Positions 11,068 through 20,572 of a stretch of DNA of 64,000 nucleotides are shown one piece after another. Numbering within the stretch: position 1 is the stretch's first letter; every line of letters starts with the position of its first letter. Position numbers and translations under genes: made by a program. The DNA lies in contig CAXXVZ010000003.1 of assembly GCA_963678065.2 (NCBI GenBank), positions 1 through 64,000 of the forward strand, written 5' to 3'. The stretch is from Treponemataceae bacterium. GTDB taxonomy: Bacteria; Spirochaetota; Spirochaetia; Treponematales; Rectinemataceae. Below the pieces are notes generated by a model. The model did no database searches, was not told where the DNA came from, and worked only from the letters and a program-made list of their open reading frames with translations.

Positions 11068-12039
11068 TCAGCCCTTGATCGAGCCGAGCATGATGCCTTT
11101 GACGAAGTGGCGCTGGACGAAGGGATAGAGGATGAGGACGGGCAGGCTCGACACGACTATGAGAGAGAACTTGAGGAGGTCGTTGATGCCCGCCATCTTC
11201 GCCGCGTACTCGAGATTCTGGAAGGAATCCATCCCCGTCTCGTTGATGATGAGGATGTTCCTGAGGATGAGCTGCAGGGGATACAGGAGCTTGTCCTGCA
11301 GGAAGATGAATGCGAAGAAGAAGGAATTCCAGTGTGTCAGGGCGTAGAGCATGGTGAGGACGCCGATGATCGGCCCGGAGAGGGGGAGGACGACGGCGAA
11401 GAAGTAGCGGAAATCGTCGGAGCCGTCCATCCTCGCCGATTCCCTGAGCTCATTGGGCAGGTTCTGCTGCATGAAGGTCCGGGCGATGATGAGGTTCCCG
11501 ACCGACATCGCGTTCGGGAGGATCATGTCCCAGCGGTTGTTGATGCCGATCGTCGATTTCGTGACGAGGTAGAGGGGAATGATGCCGCCGGAGAAGAGCA
11601 TGGTGAAGGTGAAGAGCATCATGATGAGCTTGCGGCCGACAAGCTCTTTCTGTGCCAGGGCGTAGGCCGCCATGAGGGTGACCGCGATGTTGATGCTGGT
11701 GCCGGCGAACATGTAGAAGAGGGAGTTGAGGTATCCTGTGATGACATCCCTGTTCTTGAAGACGGCCTTGTAGCCTTCAAAGGAGGGCTCGACGGGCAGA
11801 AGCCAGACCGCCCCCCGCGAGACGGCGCCCGGAGAGCTGAATGAGGCCGAGAGGACGTAGACGAGGGGGTAGAGGGCCGCGATCGTCGCTATTCCGAGGA
11901 TGATGCCATTCACGGTGTCGAAGCCGAGGTCCGCACCCGTCGATCGCCGGCTGGAACGGCGATGCCAGCCGGGGCCCAAGCGCCGGATTGCGGCGGCGGC
12001 TTCGCTTCTGCCGCCCCGCGTGCCTGTTTTTTCTACCAT
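11068..12039 (-). CDS. Carbohydrate ABC transporter permease
   Basis: C-terminal part of track ORF from MVEKTG; FSGGIIPLY, ESARMDG EAA loop, YPFVQRHFVKGIMLGSIKG. Confidence 0.92.
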   Translation of the reverse strand: MVEKTGTRGGRSEAAAAIRRLGPGWHRRSSRRSTGADLGFDTVNGIILGIATIAALYPLVYVLSASFSSPGAVSRGAVWLLPVEPSFEGYKAVFKNRDVITGYLNSLFYMFAGTSINIAVTLMAAYALAQKELVGRKLIMMLFTFTMLFSGGIIPLYLVTKSTIGINNRWDMILPNAMSVGNLIIARTFMQQNLPNELRESARMDGSDDFRYFFAVVLPLSGPIIGVLTMLYALTHWNSFFFAFIFLQDKLLYPLQLILRNILIINETGMDSFQNLEYAAKMAGINDLLKFSLIVVSSLPVLILYPFVQRHFVKGIMLGSIKG

Positions 12040-12950
12040 AGACTGGTTTCCCCGATGCGCTTGGCGGCGTGGTTCACGATGACGACGAGGGCGAGGTTGA
12101 TGGCCGAATTGAAGAGGCCGCCCGCCGTCGCGAAGTCGAAATTGCCCTCGAGGAGGCCGGTCTTGTAGACGTAGGTAGTCAGGACTTCCGAGGTTCTGAG
12201 GTTGAGGGAGGACTGGAGGAGGATGACCTTCTCGAAGGAGATGTCCATGAGACGCCCCGCCTCCAGGATGAGGAGGATCGTGGCTGTCGGCATCAGCGCG
12301 GGGATGTCTATCCGCAGGATTCTCTGGAGCTTGGTGGCGCCGTCGATCTCGGCGGCCTCGTAGAGCTCGGGGGCAATACCTGAGAGAGCCGCTATGTAGA
12401 GGATGGCCGAGTACCCGGTGAGCTGCCAGACGTCGGTCCACACGAAGAGGTGGCGGAAGGCGTTCGGGTCGGACATAATGTCGACGGGCCGGCCCGCGAT
12501 GGCCTTCGCGAGGGCGCCGGCCGGGCCGAAGTGAGGGGAAAACATCTGGAGGACGATGCCGACGACGACCACCACCGAGATGAAGTAGGGGGCGTAGGTG
12601 ATGGTCTGGAGAGTCTTTTTCAGCTTCGCCCCCTTCACTTCGTTGAGAGAGATGGCAAGAAGGATGGGCAGGGGAAAGCCGACGGCCAGCTTGTAGAGCG
12701 AGAGGATGAGGGTGTTGAGGAATATCTCGCCGAAGCGGAAATAGGAAAACAGCCTGGCAAACTGTGTGAGACCCGCCCAGGGGCTTCCCCCGATGCCGAG
12801 TCGGGCGTTGTATGTCTTGAACGCGAGCTGGAGGCCGTACATCGGGCCGTAACGGAAGATTGCGATGAAGAGCATCGCGGGAATCAGGAAGACGTAGAGC
12901 TGCCACGAGTGCGCGAGGCTCTTCCACAGAGGTTTAGCGGTTGCAACCAT
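12033..12950 (-). CDS. Carbohydrate ABC transporter permease (LplB-like)
   Basis: YGPMYGLQLAFK, PYFISVVVV, LYEAAEIDGA. Confidence 0.93.
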   Translation of the reverse strand: MVATAKPLWKSLAHSWQLYVFLIPAMLFIAIFRYGPMYGLQLAFKTYNARLGIGGSPWAGLTQFARLFSYFRFGEIFLNTLILSLYKLAVGFPLPILLAISLNEVKGAKLKKTLQTITYAPYFISVVVVVGIVLQMFSPHFGPAGALAKAIAGRPVDIMSDPNAFRHLFVWTDVWQLTGYSAILYIAALSGIAPELYEAAEIDGATKLQRILRIDIPALMPTATILLILEAGRLMDISFEKVILLQSSLNLRTSEVLTTYVYKTGLLEGNFDFATAGGLFNSAINLALVVIVNHAAKRIGETSLW

Positions 12951-13020
12951 GGGAAACGCTACACCGCTCCCGCCATTCCGTGAAGCGAGCAGTTTTACCT
13001 ATTTCGTAACATAGCTACAG

Positions 13021-13052
13021 AAAGGATCGCCGGGTGATGGCATCGATCCTTT
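13021..13052 (-). terminator. Hairpin downstream of peptide ABC operon
   Basis: aaaggatcg ... cgatccttt inverted repeat. Confidence 0.5.
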
Positions 13053-13106
13053 GCTTCTCTTTATTCAGTTGCCGGGATAGCCCGGATTATACTTCTGTCC
13101 GCGGGC

Positions 13107-14981
13107 CTAAGCTTCCGCCACGAAGTGGCCTGCGTCTATCTCCCGCAATGTCACGATTTTGGGAAGGTCATCCCTGTGCCGGATCGGAGAGGGAATTTCG
13201 TCGTTGGAGATGGGCCGGTGGCGGCGCTGGCCGGGATCGGCGACGGGAACGGCTTCCATCAGTTTTCTGGTATACGGATGCCGGGGGTTCTCGAAGACCT
13301 GGGCACGGCTCCCCAGCTCCACGATCTGGCCCAGATACAGCACCGCCACCCTGTGGCTCATACGTTCCACCACAGCCATGTCGTGACTGACAAACAAGTA
13401 CGCCAGGCCATACCGCTTTTGCAGTTTCATGAAGAGGTTGATTATCTGAGCCTGGATGGATACATCCATGGAGGAAAGGGCTTCGTCCGCGATGATGATA
13501 CTCGGGTGGGAAGCCAGGGCGCGGGCTATGCAGACGCGCTGACGCTGGCCACCTGAGAATTCGTGGGGATAGCGTTTGGCGTGATCCGCGCACAGGCCTA
13601 CATCCTCCAGAAGTTCTACCACCTTTTCCTGTATTTTCTTCTCATCGCTCAAAAGATGGTGTACCCGTACGGGTTCCGAAATGGAGAATCCCACGGTCTG
13701 CCTCGGGTCCAGAGAAGCGAAGGGATCCTGGAAAATGTACTGTATCTCCTGTTGCAGCTTTCTGCGGCCTTCGGTGCCCATGGTCGCCAGGGATCGTCCC
13801 TTGAACAGGATATTCCCGGAGTTGATCTCCTGCAATTGCTGGATGGCGCGGCCGATGGTGGATTTGCCGGAACCGCTCTCGCCCACCAGGGCCAGGGTTT
13901 CTCCGGGGTATATATCCAGGCTGACCTTCTCCACCGCGTGCACACGGTGGGTGGCCCGGCCCAGGAGATCTTTTTTTACATCGAATCGGACCACGAGGTC
14001 CTGGACGGACAGCACGGGAGGCTGGTCGAAGCGGGCGGTGTCGTGGCGGTCCCTGTCGGGCTCCCGGGGATTGACGGCCCCGGATGACTTGTCAGCCTTG
14101 GCTGACAGCGAATCCTCGTCCTCCGCGGCGGGAAAGGAAAATACTTTGGGCAGGGGCTCTCCCGCCATGCTGCCGAGGCGTGGTACCGCCGCCAAAAGTG
14201 CACGGGTGTAAGGGTGGGCCGGTTTCCGGAAGATATCGTTCACCCTGCCTTCCTCCACCTTCCTGCCCTTTTTCATTACCACCACGTCATCGGCCATCTC
14301 GGCCACCACACCCATGTCATGGGTTATGAAGATGACGGCCATCCCGAGCTCCCTCTGCAGCTCCTTTATGATGGCCAGTATCTGGGCCTGAATGGTGACG
14401 TCCAGAGCCGTAGTGGGCTCGTCCGCTATCAGCAGCTTGGGCCCGCAGGCCAAAGCCATGGAGATCATCACGCGCTGGCGCATTCCGCCGGAGAGCTGGT
14501 GGGGGAAGCGCCGGACCATGGCTTTCGCATCGGGCAACCGCACCATGTCGAGGAGGCGAACGGCCTCGGCCAGCGCGGAGCTTTTATCCATCCCCTTGTG
14601 CAGGATCAGGGCTTCCGCGATCTGGTCTCCCACAGTGAAGATGGGATCGAGGCTTGTCATCGGCTCCTGGAAGATCATGGAGATCTCCTTGCCGCGGATT
14701 CCTCGCATGGTTTTTTGCGAGGCAAAGAGGATTTCCGTCGATCTGTCCTGGCCCTCGAAGCGGATCTGGCCGGAGGAGAAGTGGGCCCCCATCAGATCGG
14801 ACAGCCGCAAAATGGACAGAGCCGTCATGGATTTTCCGGAACCGGATTCGCCTATGAGGCCGAGGGTCCTGCCCGGAAGCACGGAAAAGCTCAGGTTCTC
14901 CACGACGGGCGTCGAACCGAAGGCCACCGTCAGGTTATCTACGGTGAGCAGAGTGGTGGAAGCGGCTGTCTTGATGTTCAT
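13107..14981 (-). CDS. Peptide ABC transporter ATP-binding protein, two fused NBDs (GsiA-like)
   Basis: Two GESGSGKS Walker A motifs, LSGGM and FSGGQ signatures, HPYT motifs; start MNIKTAAS after GAGGGA. Confidence 0.93.
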   Translation of the reverse strand: MNIKTAASTTLLTVDNLTVAFGSTPVVENLSFSVLPGRTLGLIGESGSGKSMTALSILRLSDLMGAHFSSGQIRFEGQDRSTEILFASQKTMRGIRGKEISMIFQEPMTSLDPIFTVGDQIAEALILHKGMDKSSALAEAVRLLDMVRLPDAKAMVRRFPHQLSGGMRQRVMISMALACGPKLLIADEPTTALDVTIQAQILAIIKELQRELGMAVIFITHDMGVVAEMADDVVVMKKGRKVEEGRVNDIFRKPAHPYTRALLAAVPRLGSMAGEPLPKVFSFPAAEDEDSLSAKADKSSGAVNPREPDRDRHDTARFDQPPVLSVQDLVVRFDVKKDLLGRATHRVHAVEKVSLDIYPGETLALVGESGSGKSTIGRAIQQLQEINSGNILFKGRSLATMGTEGRRKLQQEIQYIFQDPFASLDPRQTVGFSISEPVRVHHLLSDEKKIQEKVVELLEDVGLCADHAKRYPHEFSGGQRQRVCIARALASHPSIIIADEALSSMDVSIQAQIINLFMKLQKRYGLAYLFVSHDMAVVERMSHRVAVLYLGQIVELGSRAQVFENPRHPYTRKLMEAVPVADPGQRRHRPISNDEIPSPIRHRDDLPKIVTLREIDAGHFVAEA

Positions 14982-15027
14982 TTCGTATTCCCTCGTAAAA
15001 CAACCCCGATACTGATCATTTCGTTTT

Positions 15028-16884
15028 TCATCCCCGGCTGGCCCTGCCCGGGAGGTTTTCGTCCGCCGGTGCCCGATCCTGCGCCCTGGCCTTTGCCTGC
15101 AGGGCCTGAAAGACCTCGTAGGCGGCCAGAACGGTTTCTTTCTGCGCCGTGTGCCCGGCGATGAAGGCATCGCCATGGATAGTCTCGTCGGGGTACTCGG
15201 TGATGAGCCGCAACGGTATGGCCGAAGTCTCATTTATGGAAAGCTCGCAGGGAAATCCGTTGATGACCTGGAAGGGCGGCGTTTTCACATAGCATGAGTA
15301 GAGTTTCAGTTGCTCGTGCGTGAACGAGAGCAGCCCGGGCACCATAGTCAGTCGCAGCGTCAGAAGCTCAAGGAACTCCCGGGCCCGATCGGCCCAGGGG
15401 GCGTGGTGGCGCAGCACCAGGAAAAAGCCGTGGGGCAGCATCCAGGTGGGGAAACCGCGTGGGATATAGCCGGACAGCGGCCGTGTCCACTCGTGGGAAG
15501 CGTAGCCGTGAAGGTTTATGTGCAGTTTTGCCTCAGTGAGGCGCTGTGCCTCGAGGCGCAGCGCCTTCTCGTACAGATGGCCGTCTACCTGATATTCCAG
15601 GTCATTGCCCAAGGCCGTGTACCGGGCCGCATGGTGCATGTGCCTGGGGTTCTCCACGCAGAGCATCCGGTGCAGGGCATAGCCGTCGGGGTTTTCCAGA
15701 GGCGACACGGTAAAGTGCGAACCGGGCCTGCGCGCAAGCTCACGGGCGGCGCGAAGCGCTCCCACGATACCTGTCGTCTCGTTCGCGTGCTGTCCGCCGC
15801 TTATCATCACCGCTGCGTCGCTCCCCGGATGGTATATGCCTGATATAGTCCTGCCGGAATAGGATTTTGTCCGGAAGGACCGGCCTTCGATCATATCCAG
15901 TTCCGAAGAGACACGGGCGGCGGTAATCGGGCTCCTCGCGAAGGCCAGATCATCCGCTTCCGTGCCTGCCACTGTGTCCTTGTCCGCTATAATGCCAGGG
16001 CCCGTGTCTGGGACCTTGTCTTCGGAGGACAGGGGCTTCAGTTCTATCCTGAGCGCCGGAACCGCGCCGCTTATGATCTCGGGCAGCACTTGTCCCGGGC
16101 GTATCGTACGGTCGCTGACGGGACGGCCTGTTTTTTTCTGAAAGAGCTCCAGAAGGGAAAAATACAGCTCCTCGTGCAGAGCTTCCCTCAAACTGATGGC
16201 TTCCTCGCCCAGTGGCAAGGGAATATCGCAGGCGGGGAGAGTGACTCGTATCGAGAGGACCTCGAAAAAGGGCTCGGAGTTCCCCCACTCGTGACCGGAT
16301 ACGGCTTCCAGCGCCCCGGAGTAGATCGCCTCGTACTCCGTCCACAGGGCCCCTTCAGTCTCGCTGCCGTCCGGAGCCCGAAGACGCATCCATCCGGCTG
16401 ACGTTACGACACTCTCTCCTGTGTGGTCCACATAGACCCGGTTCGGAGCGAATATTCTCAGGTTCTCGACCCGCCCGTCGACATACATGAGCCGGGCCAT
16501 ATAGGTAAAGTTGTCAGCCTCATCCGTATCCCCGGCTGCAAAGCTCACTTCCGCCTCCCCCAGCAGCGCGGAGAGAGGATACGCTTCCAGGAGAAACCGG
16601 TCGGGAGAGCATCCGGGATGCGTCGGGTAGACAAGCTCCACGCCGGACAGGCCTGTACGATCCACATCTTCGAGAAAGTAGTGGACGAGTGGCTTGTACG
16701 CGCTATGTATCCTGGCTTCCACGCCCATGGCCGCGAGCTTGCGCTCCGCCTCGCGCCTGGCCGCGCCGTTGTCGAAGGTCCAGAACTCGAGCCGTGTTCC
16801 CGGCTGCGTTTTCGAAAATCCGGAGTATTCGGCGACGATCCGATCGAGAGTCCGGGGAAAGACAGTATCCAGGAGTACGCTCAT
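15028..16884 (-). CDS. M14-family zinc carboxypeptidase-like protein
   Basis: GGQHANE (HxxE), ENPDG, NLHGY, TEYPDE; ATG overlaps upstream TGA. Confidence 0.85.
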   Translation of the reverse strand: MSVLLDTVFPRTLDRIVAEYSGFSKTQPGTRLEFWTFDNGAARREAERKLAAMGVEARIHSAYKPLVHYFLEDVDRTGLSGVELVYPTHPGCSPDRFLLEAYPLSALLGEAEVSFAAGDTDEADNFTYMARLMYVDGRVENLRIFAPNRVYVDHTGESVVTSAGWMRLRAPDGSETEGALWTEYEAIYSGALEAVSGHEWGNSEPFFEVLSIRVTLPACDIPLPLGEEAISLREALHEELYFSLLELFQKKTGRPVSDRTIRPGQVLPEIISGAVPALRIELKPLSSEDKVPDTGPGIIADKDTVAGTEADDLAFARSPITAARVSSELDMIEGRSFRTKSYSGRTISGIYHPGSDAAVMISGGQHANETTGIVGALRAARELARRPGSHFTVSPLENPDGYALHRMLCVENPRHMHHAARYTALGNDLEYQVDGHLYEKALRLEAQRLTEAKLHINLHGYASHEWTRPLSGYIPRGFPTWMLPHGFFLVLRHHAPWADRAREFLELLTLRLTMVPGLLSFTHEQLKLYSCYVKTPPFQVINGFPCELSINETSAIPLRLITEYPDETIHGDAFIAGHTAQKETVLAAYEVFQALQAKARAQDRAPADENLPGRASRG

Positions 16885-17729
16885 TTTGCCGTCCTTCCTG
16901 TCGGATCCAGCCGATCCCTGAGCCAGTCCCCGAAGAGGTTGAGTCCCAGCACGAGCAAGAGGAGGGCGAGCCCCGGAAAGACCGAGATCCACCACGCGTT
17001 CTGGAGGTAGGTGCGGCCGTCCGCGAGCATTCCGCCCCAGCTGGGAACCATGACATCCACACCCATGCCCAGGAAAGTCAGGCTGCTCTCGAGGAGAATA
17101 TTGTTCGCGATATTGAGCGTCATGAGCACGATGACCGGGCCCGCGAGATTGGGCAAGAGGTGCCGGAACAGGATTCCCCTATCCTTCACGCCTATCGCCC
17201 GCGCGGAGAGGATGAACTCGCGCTCCCGGAGACTCAGAACGAGACTCCGCACAAGCCTGGCATATTGTACCCATTGCGTTATTATCAAAAGAATTATGGT
17301 GTTTCTAAGGCCCCCGCCGATGATGGCCGTGAAGGTGATGGCGAGGAGGATGAAGGGCAGGGCGAGCTGGATGTCGGCCAGACGCATCACCAGTGTGTCC
17401 CAGAGTCCCCGGTAATATCCGGCGACCAGTCCCAGCACGACGCCCAGAGTGACGGCGCCGAGCACGGAGAGCGAGCCCACGAGGAGCGAGATGCGCCCTC
17501 CGACGATCATGCGGGCCAGCACATCGCGCCCCAGGGGATCCGTTCCGAGGGGATGGGCTGAAGCCTGGAAGGGCGGCGTCAGACGGTTGACGAGGTCGAT
17601 CGATTCGCCTCCGTCCGGGAATAGCAGAGTGGAAGACAGCACCAGGAGGCACATGCCGCCCGCGAGGAGTGTTCCGAGGATGAATTCGATATTCATGTAC
17701 GGCGAAGATGATGCGGGTTTGGTTTTCAT
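16881..17729 (-). CDS. Peptide ABC transporter permease (DppC-like)
   Basis: HPLGTDPLGRDV, RHLLPN, LTFLGMG, PSWGGML, NLFGDWLRDRLDP. Confidence 0.94.
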   Translation of the reverse strand: MKTKPASSSPYMNIEFILGTLLAGGMCLLVLSSTLLFPDGGESIDLVNRLTPPFQASAHPLGTDPLGRDVLARMIVGGRISLLVGSLSVLGAVTLGVVLGLVAGYYRGLWDTLVMRLADIQLALPFILLAITFTAIIGGGLRNTIILLIITQWVQYARLVRSLVLSLREREFILSARAIGVKDRGILFRHLLPNLAGPVIVLMTLNIANNILLESSLTFLGMGVDVMVPSWGGMLADGRTYLQNAWWISVFPGLALLLLVLGLNLFGDWLRDRLDPTGRTAK

Positions 17730-17732
17730 GAA

Positions 17733-18656
17733 CTACTCTCTCCGGACACGAGGGTCGACATACCCATAGGCGATATCGACGATCAGGTTTACGAATACAA
17801 TCAGGAGGGCCAGGATGCAGACGACGGCTTGCAGCACGGGGTAATCCCGGGACGCCACCGCGTCGAAGGCCAGAGTGCCCATTCCCGGCCAGTTGAATAC
17901 CCGCTCCACCACCACGACGCCCCCGAGGAGTCCTCCGAACTGCAAACCGAAATACGTGATGAGGGGGATCCCGCAATTGCGCAGAGCGTGTTTGTAGAGC
18001 ACGGCCTTTTCGCCGAGGCCCTTCGCGCGGGTCACCATGATGAACTGCGCCTGCAGCGTTTCCAGCATGGTAGTGCGCACAAGGCGGACATTCATCGCCG
18101 TGAGGATGATACCCATGGTCATGGCTGGCATGATGAAACTCAAGGGACCTTCCATGCCGCTGGGTGGCAGCCACTTCAGGGTGACAGAGAAGAACAGGAC
18201 GAACATGATGGCCAGCCAGAAATTCGGGAATGACATACCCACGAGCGAGAGTATCCGTATGAGCTGATCCTGCCACTTGCCCTTCGAGACGGCCGCGGCC
18301 ACGCCCAGGGGAATGGATATCAGGATGGATACGGCCATGGACGCGAGGGCCAGAAGGAGGGTGGCGGGCAGAGCCTTGGAAATGAGCGTTGCCACCGGCG
18401 TTCCGCCCATGAAGCTCTTTCCGAGATCGAGGGTTACGAAACCCTTGAGGAAATTCAGGTACTGCACCGCGAAAGGAACATTGAGACCGAGGGATTCCCG
18501 TATGCGCACGAGATCGTCTTCGGTCACACTCCCCGCGCCCTGCACCAGCATCAGCGCGGGATCTCCGGTCAACCGTATCGCGAAGGATACGGTCAAGGTT
18601 ACCGCGATGATAACAAAAACAGCCAGAAGCAATCGCCGGATCAAAAACTTTGCCAC
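17733..18656 (-). CDS. Peptide ABC transporter permease (DppB-like)
   Basis: GTG start (MAKFLIRRLL), DLGKS, PNFWL, RAKGL, HALRN, DPRVR. Confidence 0.94.
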   Translation of the reverse strand: MAKFLIRRLLLAVFVIIAVTLTVSFAIRLTGDPALMLVQGAGSVTEDDLVRIRESLGLNVPFAVQYLNFLKGFVTLDLGKSFMGGTPVATLISKALPATLLLALASMAVSILISIPLGVAAAVSKGKWQDQLIRILSLVGMSFPNFWLAIMFVLFFSVTLKWLPPSGMEGPLSFIMPAMTMGIILTAMNVRLVRTTMLETLQAQFIMVTRAKGLGEKAVLYKHALRNCGIPLITYFGLQFGGLLGGVVVVERVFNWPGMGTLAFDAVASRDYPVLQAVVCILALLIVFVNLIVDIAYGYVDPRVRRE

Positions 18657-18670
18657 GCCTGCACCCTCAA

Positions 18671-18702
18671 TTAAAAGGGCCGCTCTTGTGGGGAACGGCC
18701 CT
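18671..18702 (-). terminator. Intrinsic terminator-like hairpin after peptide-binding protein gene
   Basis: Minus strand GGGCCGTTC-CCCACAA-GAGCGGCCC followed by TTTTAA. Confidence 0.7.
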
Positions 18703-18751
18703 GCCAGCATTTCAGTCAAAAGCCATACGGTTTCTTACATGACGGCATTCA

Positions 18752-20284
18752 TCATTCTACAGTGACATTCGTGAACCTGAGGCGGGTATCCGGAGGCGCG
18801 ACGAAGTTCTTCACGCGCGAATTGATGGCGAAGATCTCGTTCAGGTTGTACAGAAGCATTTCCAGCGAATTGTCAGCGGTGTACTGACCGATCGACTGCA
18901 GGATATCCTCGCGCTTCGCCCTGTCCGTGATGGAGCGCTGGGATTCCAGCATGGCGTCGAGTTTGGGATCGCTGTCGTAGGGGTTCCACTTCTCTCCCGT
19001 GTGGTACATGAGGTAGGCGGTGTTGTCGAAATCGAGGGTCCATCCACCCCAGGCCTGCTGGAACATCTCTCCGGTCTTGCCCGGAGGTACGATGTCGGAG
19101 AGGAAGTAGTTGCTCTCGTACGGCTTTATGGTCGCATTGATGCCGACCAGCTTCAGGTAGCTGGCCACAGCCTGGCTGACTTCGAGGAAGGTGGCGTTGC
19201 CGGTCCGGATGTCGATCTGGACGGCGGTGCCGGGATTTACTTTCGCTTCCTTGAGGAGGGCCATGGCCTGCTTCGGGTCGTAGGCTACCGGTTTCATGGA
19301 AGGATCATTGCCGAAAGACAGAGCTCCCTGGAAACTCGCGATGGGGGTAGCCTGCCCGCCGAGAATGGACTTGATGATGGCGTTTCTGTCCACCGCCATG
19401 ATCAGGGCCTTGCGGACGCGTACATCTTTCGTGATGCCTGTCTTCGTGTTGAAACGGAGAGCGTAGACCGTGGGGCCGGGAACGCTGCGCACCTCGAGTT
19501 TGGGGTCGGCGTTGATGTTCGGGATCATGCTTATCGGGACGTTTCCGCCATAGATCATGTCGACGCGTCCGGCCTGGAGTTCCGCTATCGCGGTGGCGGG
19601 CTCGGAGATGAAGCGGTATTCGAGCTTGGAAAGCTTGGGCGCGCCTCCCCAATGCTTGTCGAAGGCTTCCAGCTTGATATTCACTTTCGGGTCGTAGGAC
19701 ACGAACTTGAAGGGACCGGTTCCGACCGGATGGGTGTTGAAATAGTCCTCTCCCTTTTCCTGTATATACTTGGGTGGAACTATCATGGCGCCATATCCTG
19801 CCAGTTTCACGAGCAGAACCGGATCCAGATCCTTGAGGTAAAAGTCGACGGTATACGCATCGACGACAAGGACCTTGTCGATGATCGCGTAGTTGGAGTA
19901 CTGCGGTCCCTTCTTGCCGATGTCGCCTAGCAGGCGGTCGAAGGTGAATTTTACCGCTTCGGCGTTGAAAGGCTCGCCGTTGTGGAAGACGACATTCTTG
20001 CGCAGCGAGAACCGGATGCGCTTCCCTCCATCCAGGTTTTCCCACTTCTCCGCAAGTCCCGGGACCAGCTTGGCATCCGGACCGCGGTACGTCAGCCCGT
20101 CATAGATATTGGTGGACACGGCCGCCCATGCGACGAGGTAGGTGTCGACAGGGTCCCAGCTTCCGGGATCTTGGCCTGAAACGACCGTCAAGGTTCCGTC
20201 GGCCCACGCGGGTGCGGCAAAAAAAACACCCGCGATAAACGCGAATGACAGGAAAGACTGCAACAATCTCTTTTTCAATGCCAC
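18752..20284 (-). CDS. Peptide ABC transporter substrate-binding protein (family 5)
   Basis: Signal peptide, LVPGLAEKW, LRKNVVFHNGEPFNAEAV, PVGTGPF; AAGGAG RBS. Confidence 0.94.
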   Translation of the reverse strand: MALKKRLLQSFLSFAFIAGVFFAAPAWADGTLTVVSGQDPGSWDPVDTYLVAWAAVSTNIYDGLTYRGPDAKLVPGLAEKWENLDGGKRIRFSLRKNVVFHNGEPFNAEAVKFTFDRLLGDIGKKGPQYSNYAIIDKVLVVDAYTVDFYLKDLDPVLLVKLAGYGAMIVPPKYIQEKGEDYFNTHPVGTGPFKFVSYDPKVNIKLEAFDKHWGGAPKLSKLEYRFISEPATAIAELQAGRVDMIYGGNVPISMIPNINADPKLEVRSVPGPTVYALRFNTKTGITKDVRVRKALIMAVDRNAIIKSILGGQATPIASFQGALSFGNDPSMKPVAYDPKQAMALLKEAKVNPGTAVQIDIRTGNATFLEVSQAVASYLKLVGINATIKPYESNYFLSDIVPPGKTGEMFQQAWGGWTLDFDNTAYLMYHTGEKWNPYDSDPKLDAMLESQRSITDRAKREDILQSIGQYTADNSLEMLLYNLNEIFAINSRVKNFVAPPDTRLRFTNVTVE

Positions 20285-20572
20285 AACATTCTCCTTACCT
20301 GATGGTCAGCTGATGAATTGCCTGGAACCGACATTCTGTCCGGGGAGGCTAAATCCCGTCTGATGCAACATTTAAATACGATTCGCATGATAGTTATGTC
20401 AGATTCCATGACCGACAACGCCGGATGCGGATAGTATTGTCGCCCCTGAAACACATGTCAAGGCAAATATCCGCCGCGGCGGGTGAAAATGCATAAGAAA
20501 CAGACATACGTGAATATTTATCGAGAAAGCATTTCGAAACCTACTGGCATTGCCGGAACATCGGCGGTCGCT

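Noticed and set aside
12040..12927. Apparent long N-terminal extension or fusion of the permease (619-aa track ORF)
   Set aside because: Off-frame overlap with the upstream permease; the real start is near 12039. The same artefact affects track ORFs 36305..37600, 37024..39573 and 60363..62348
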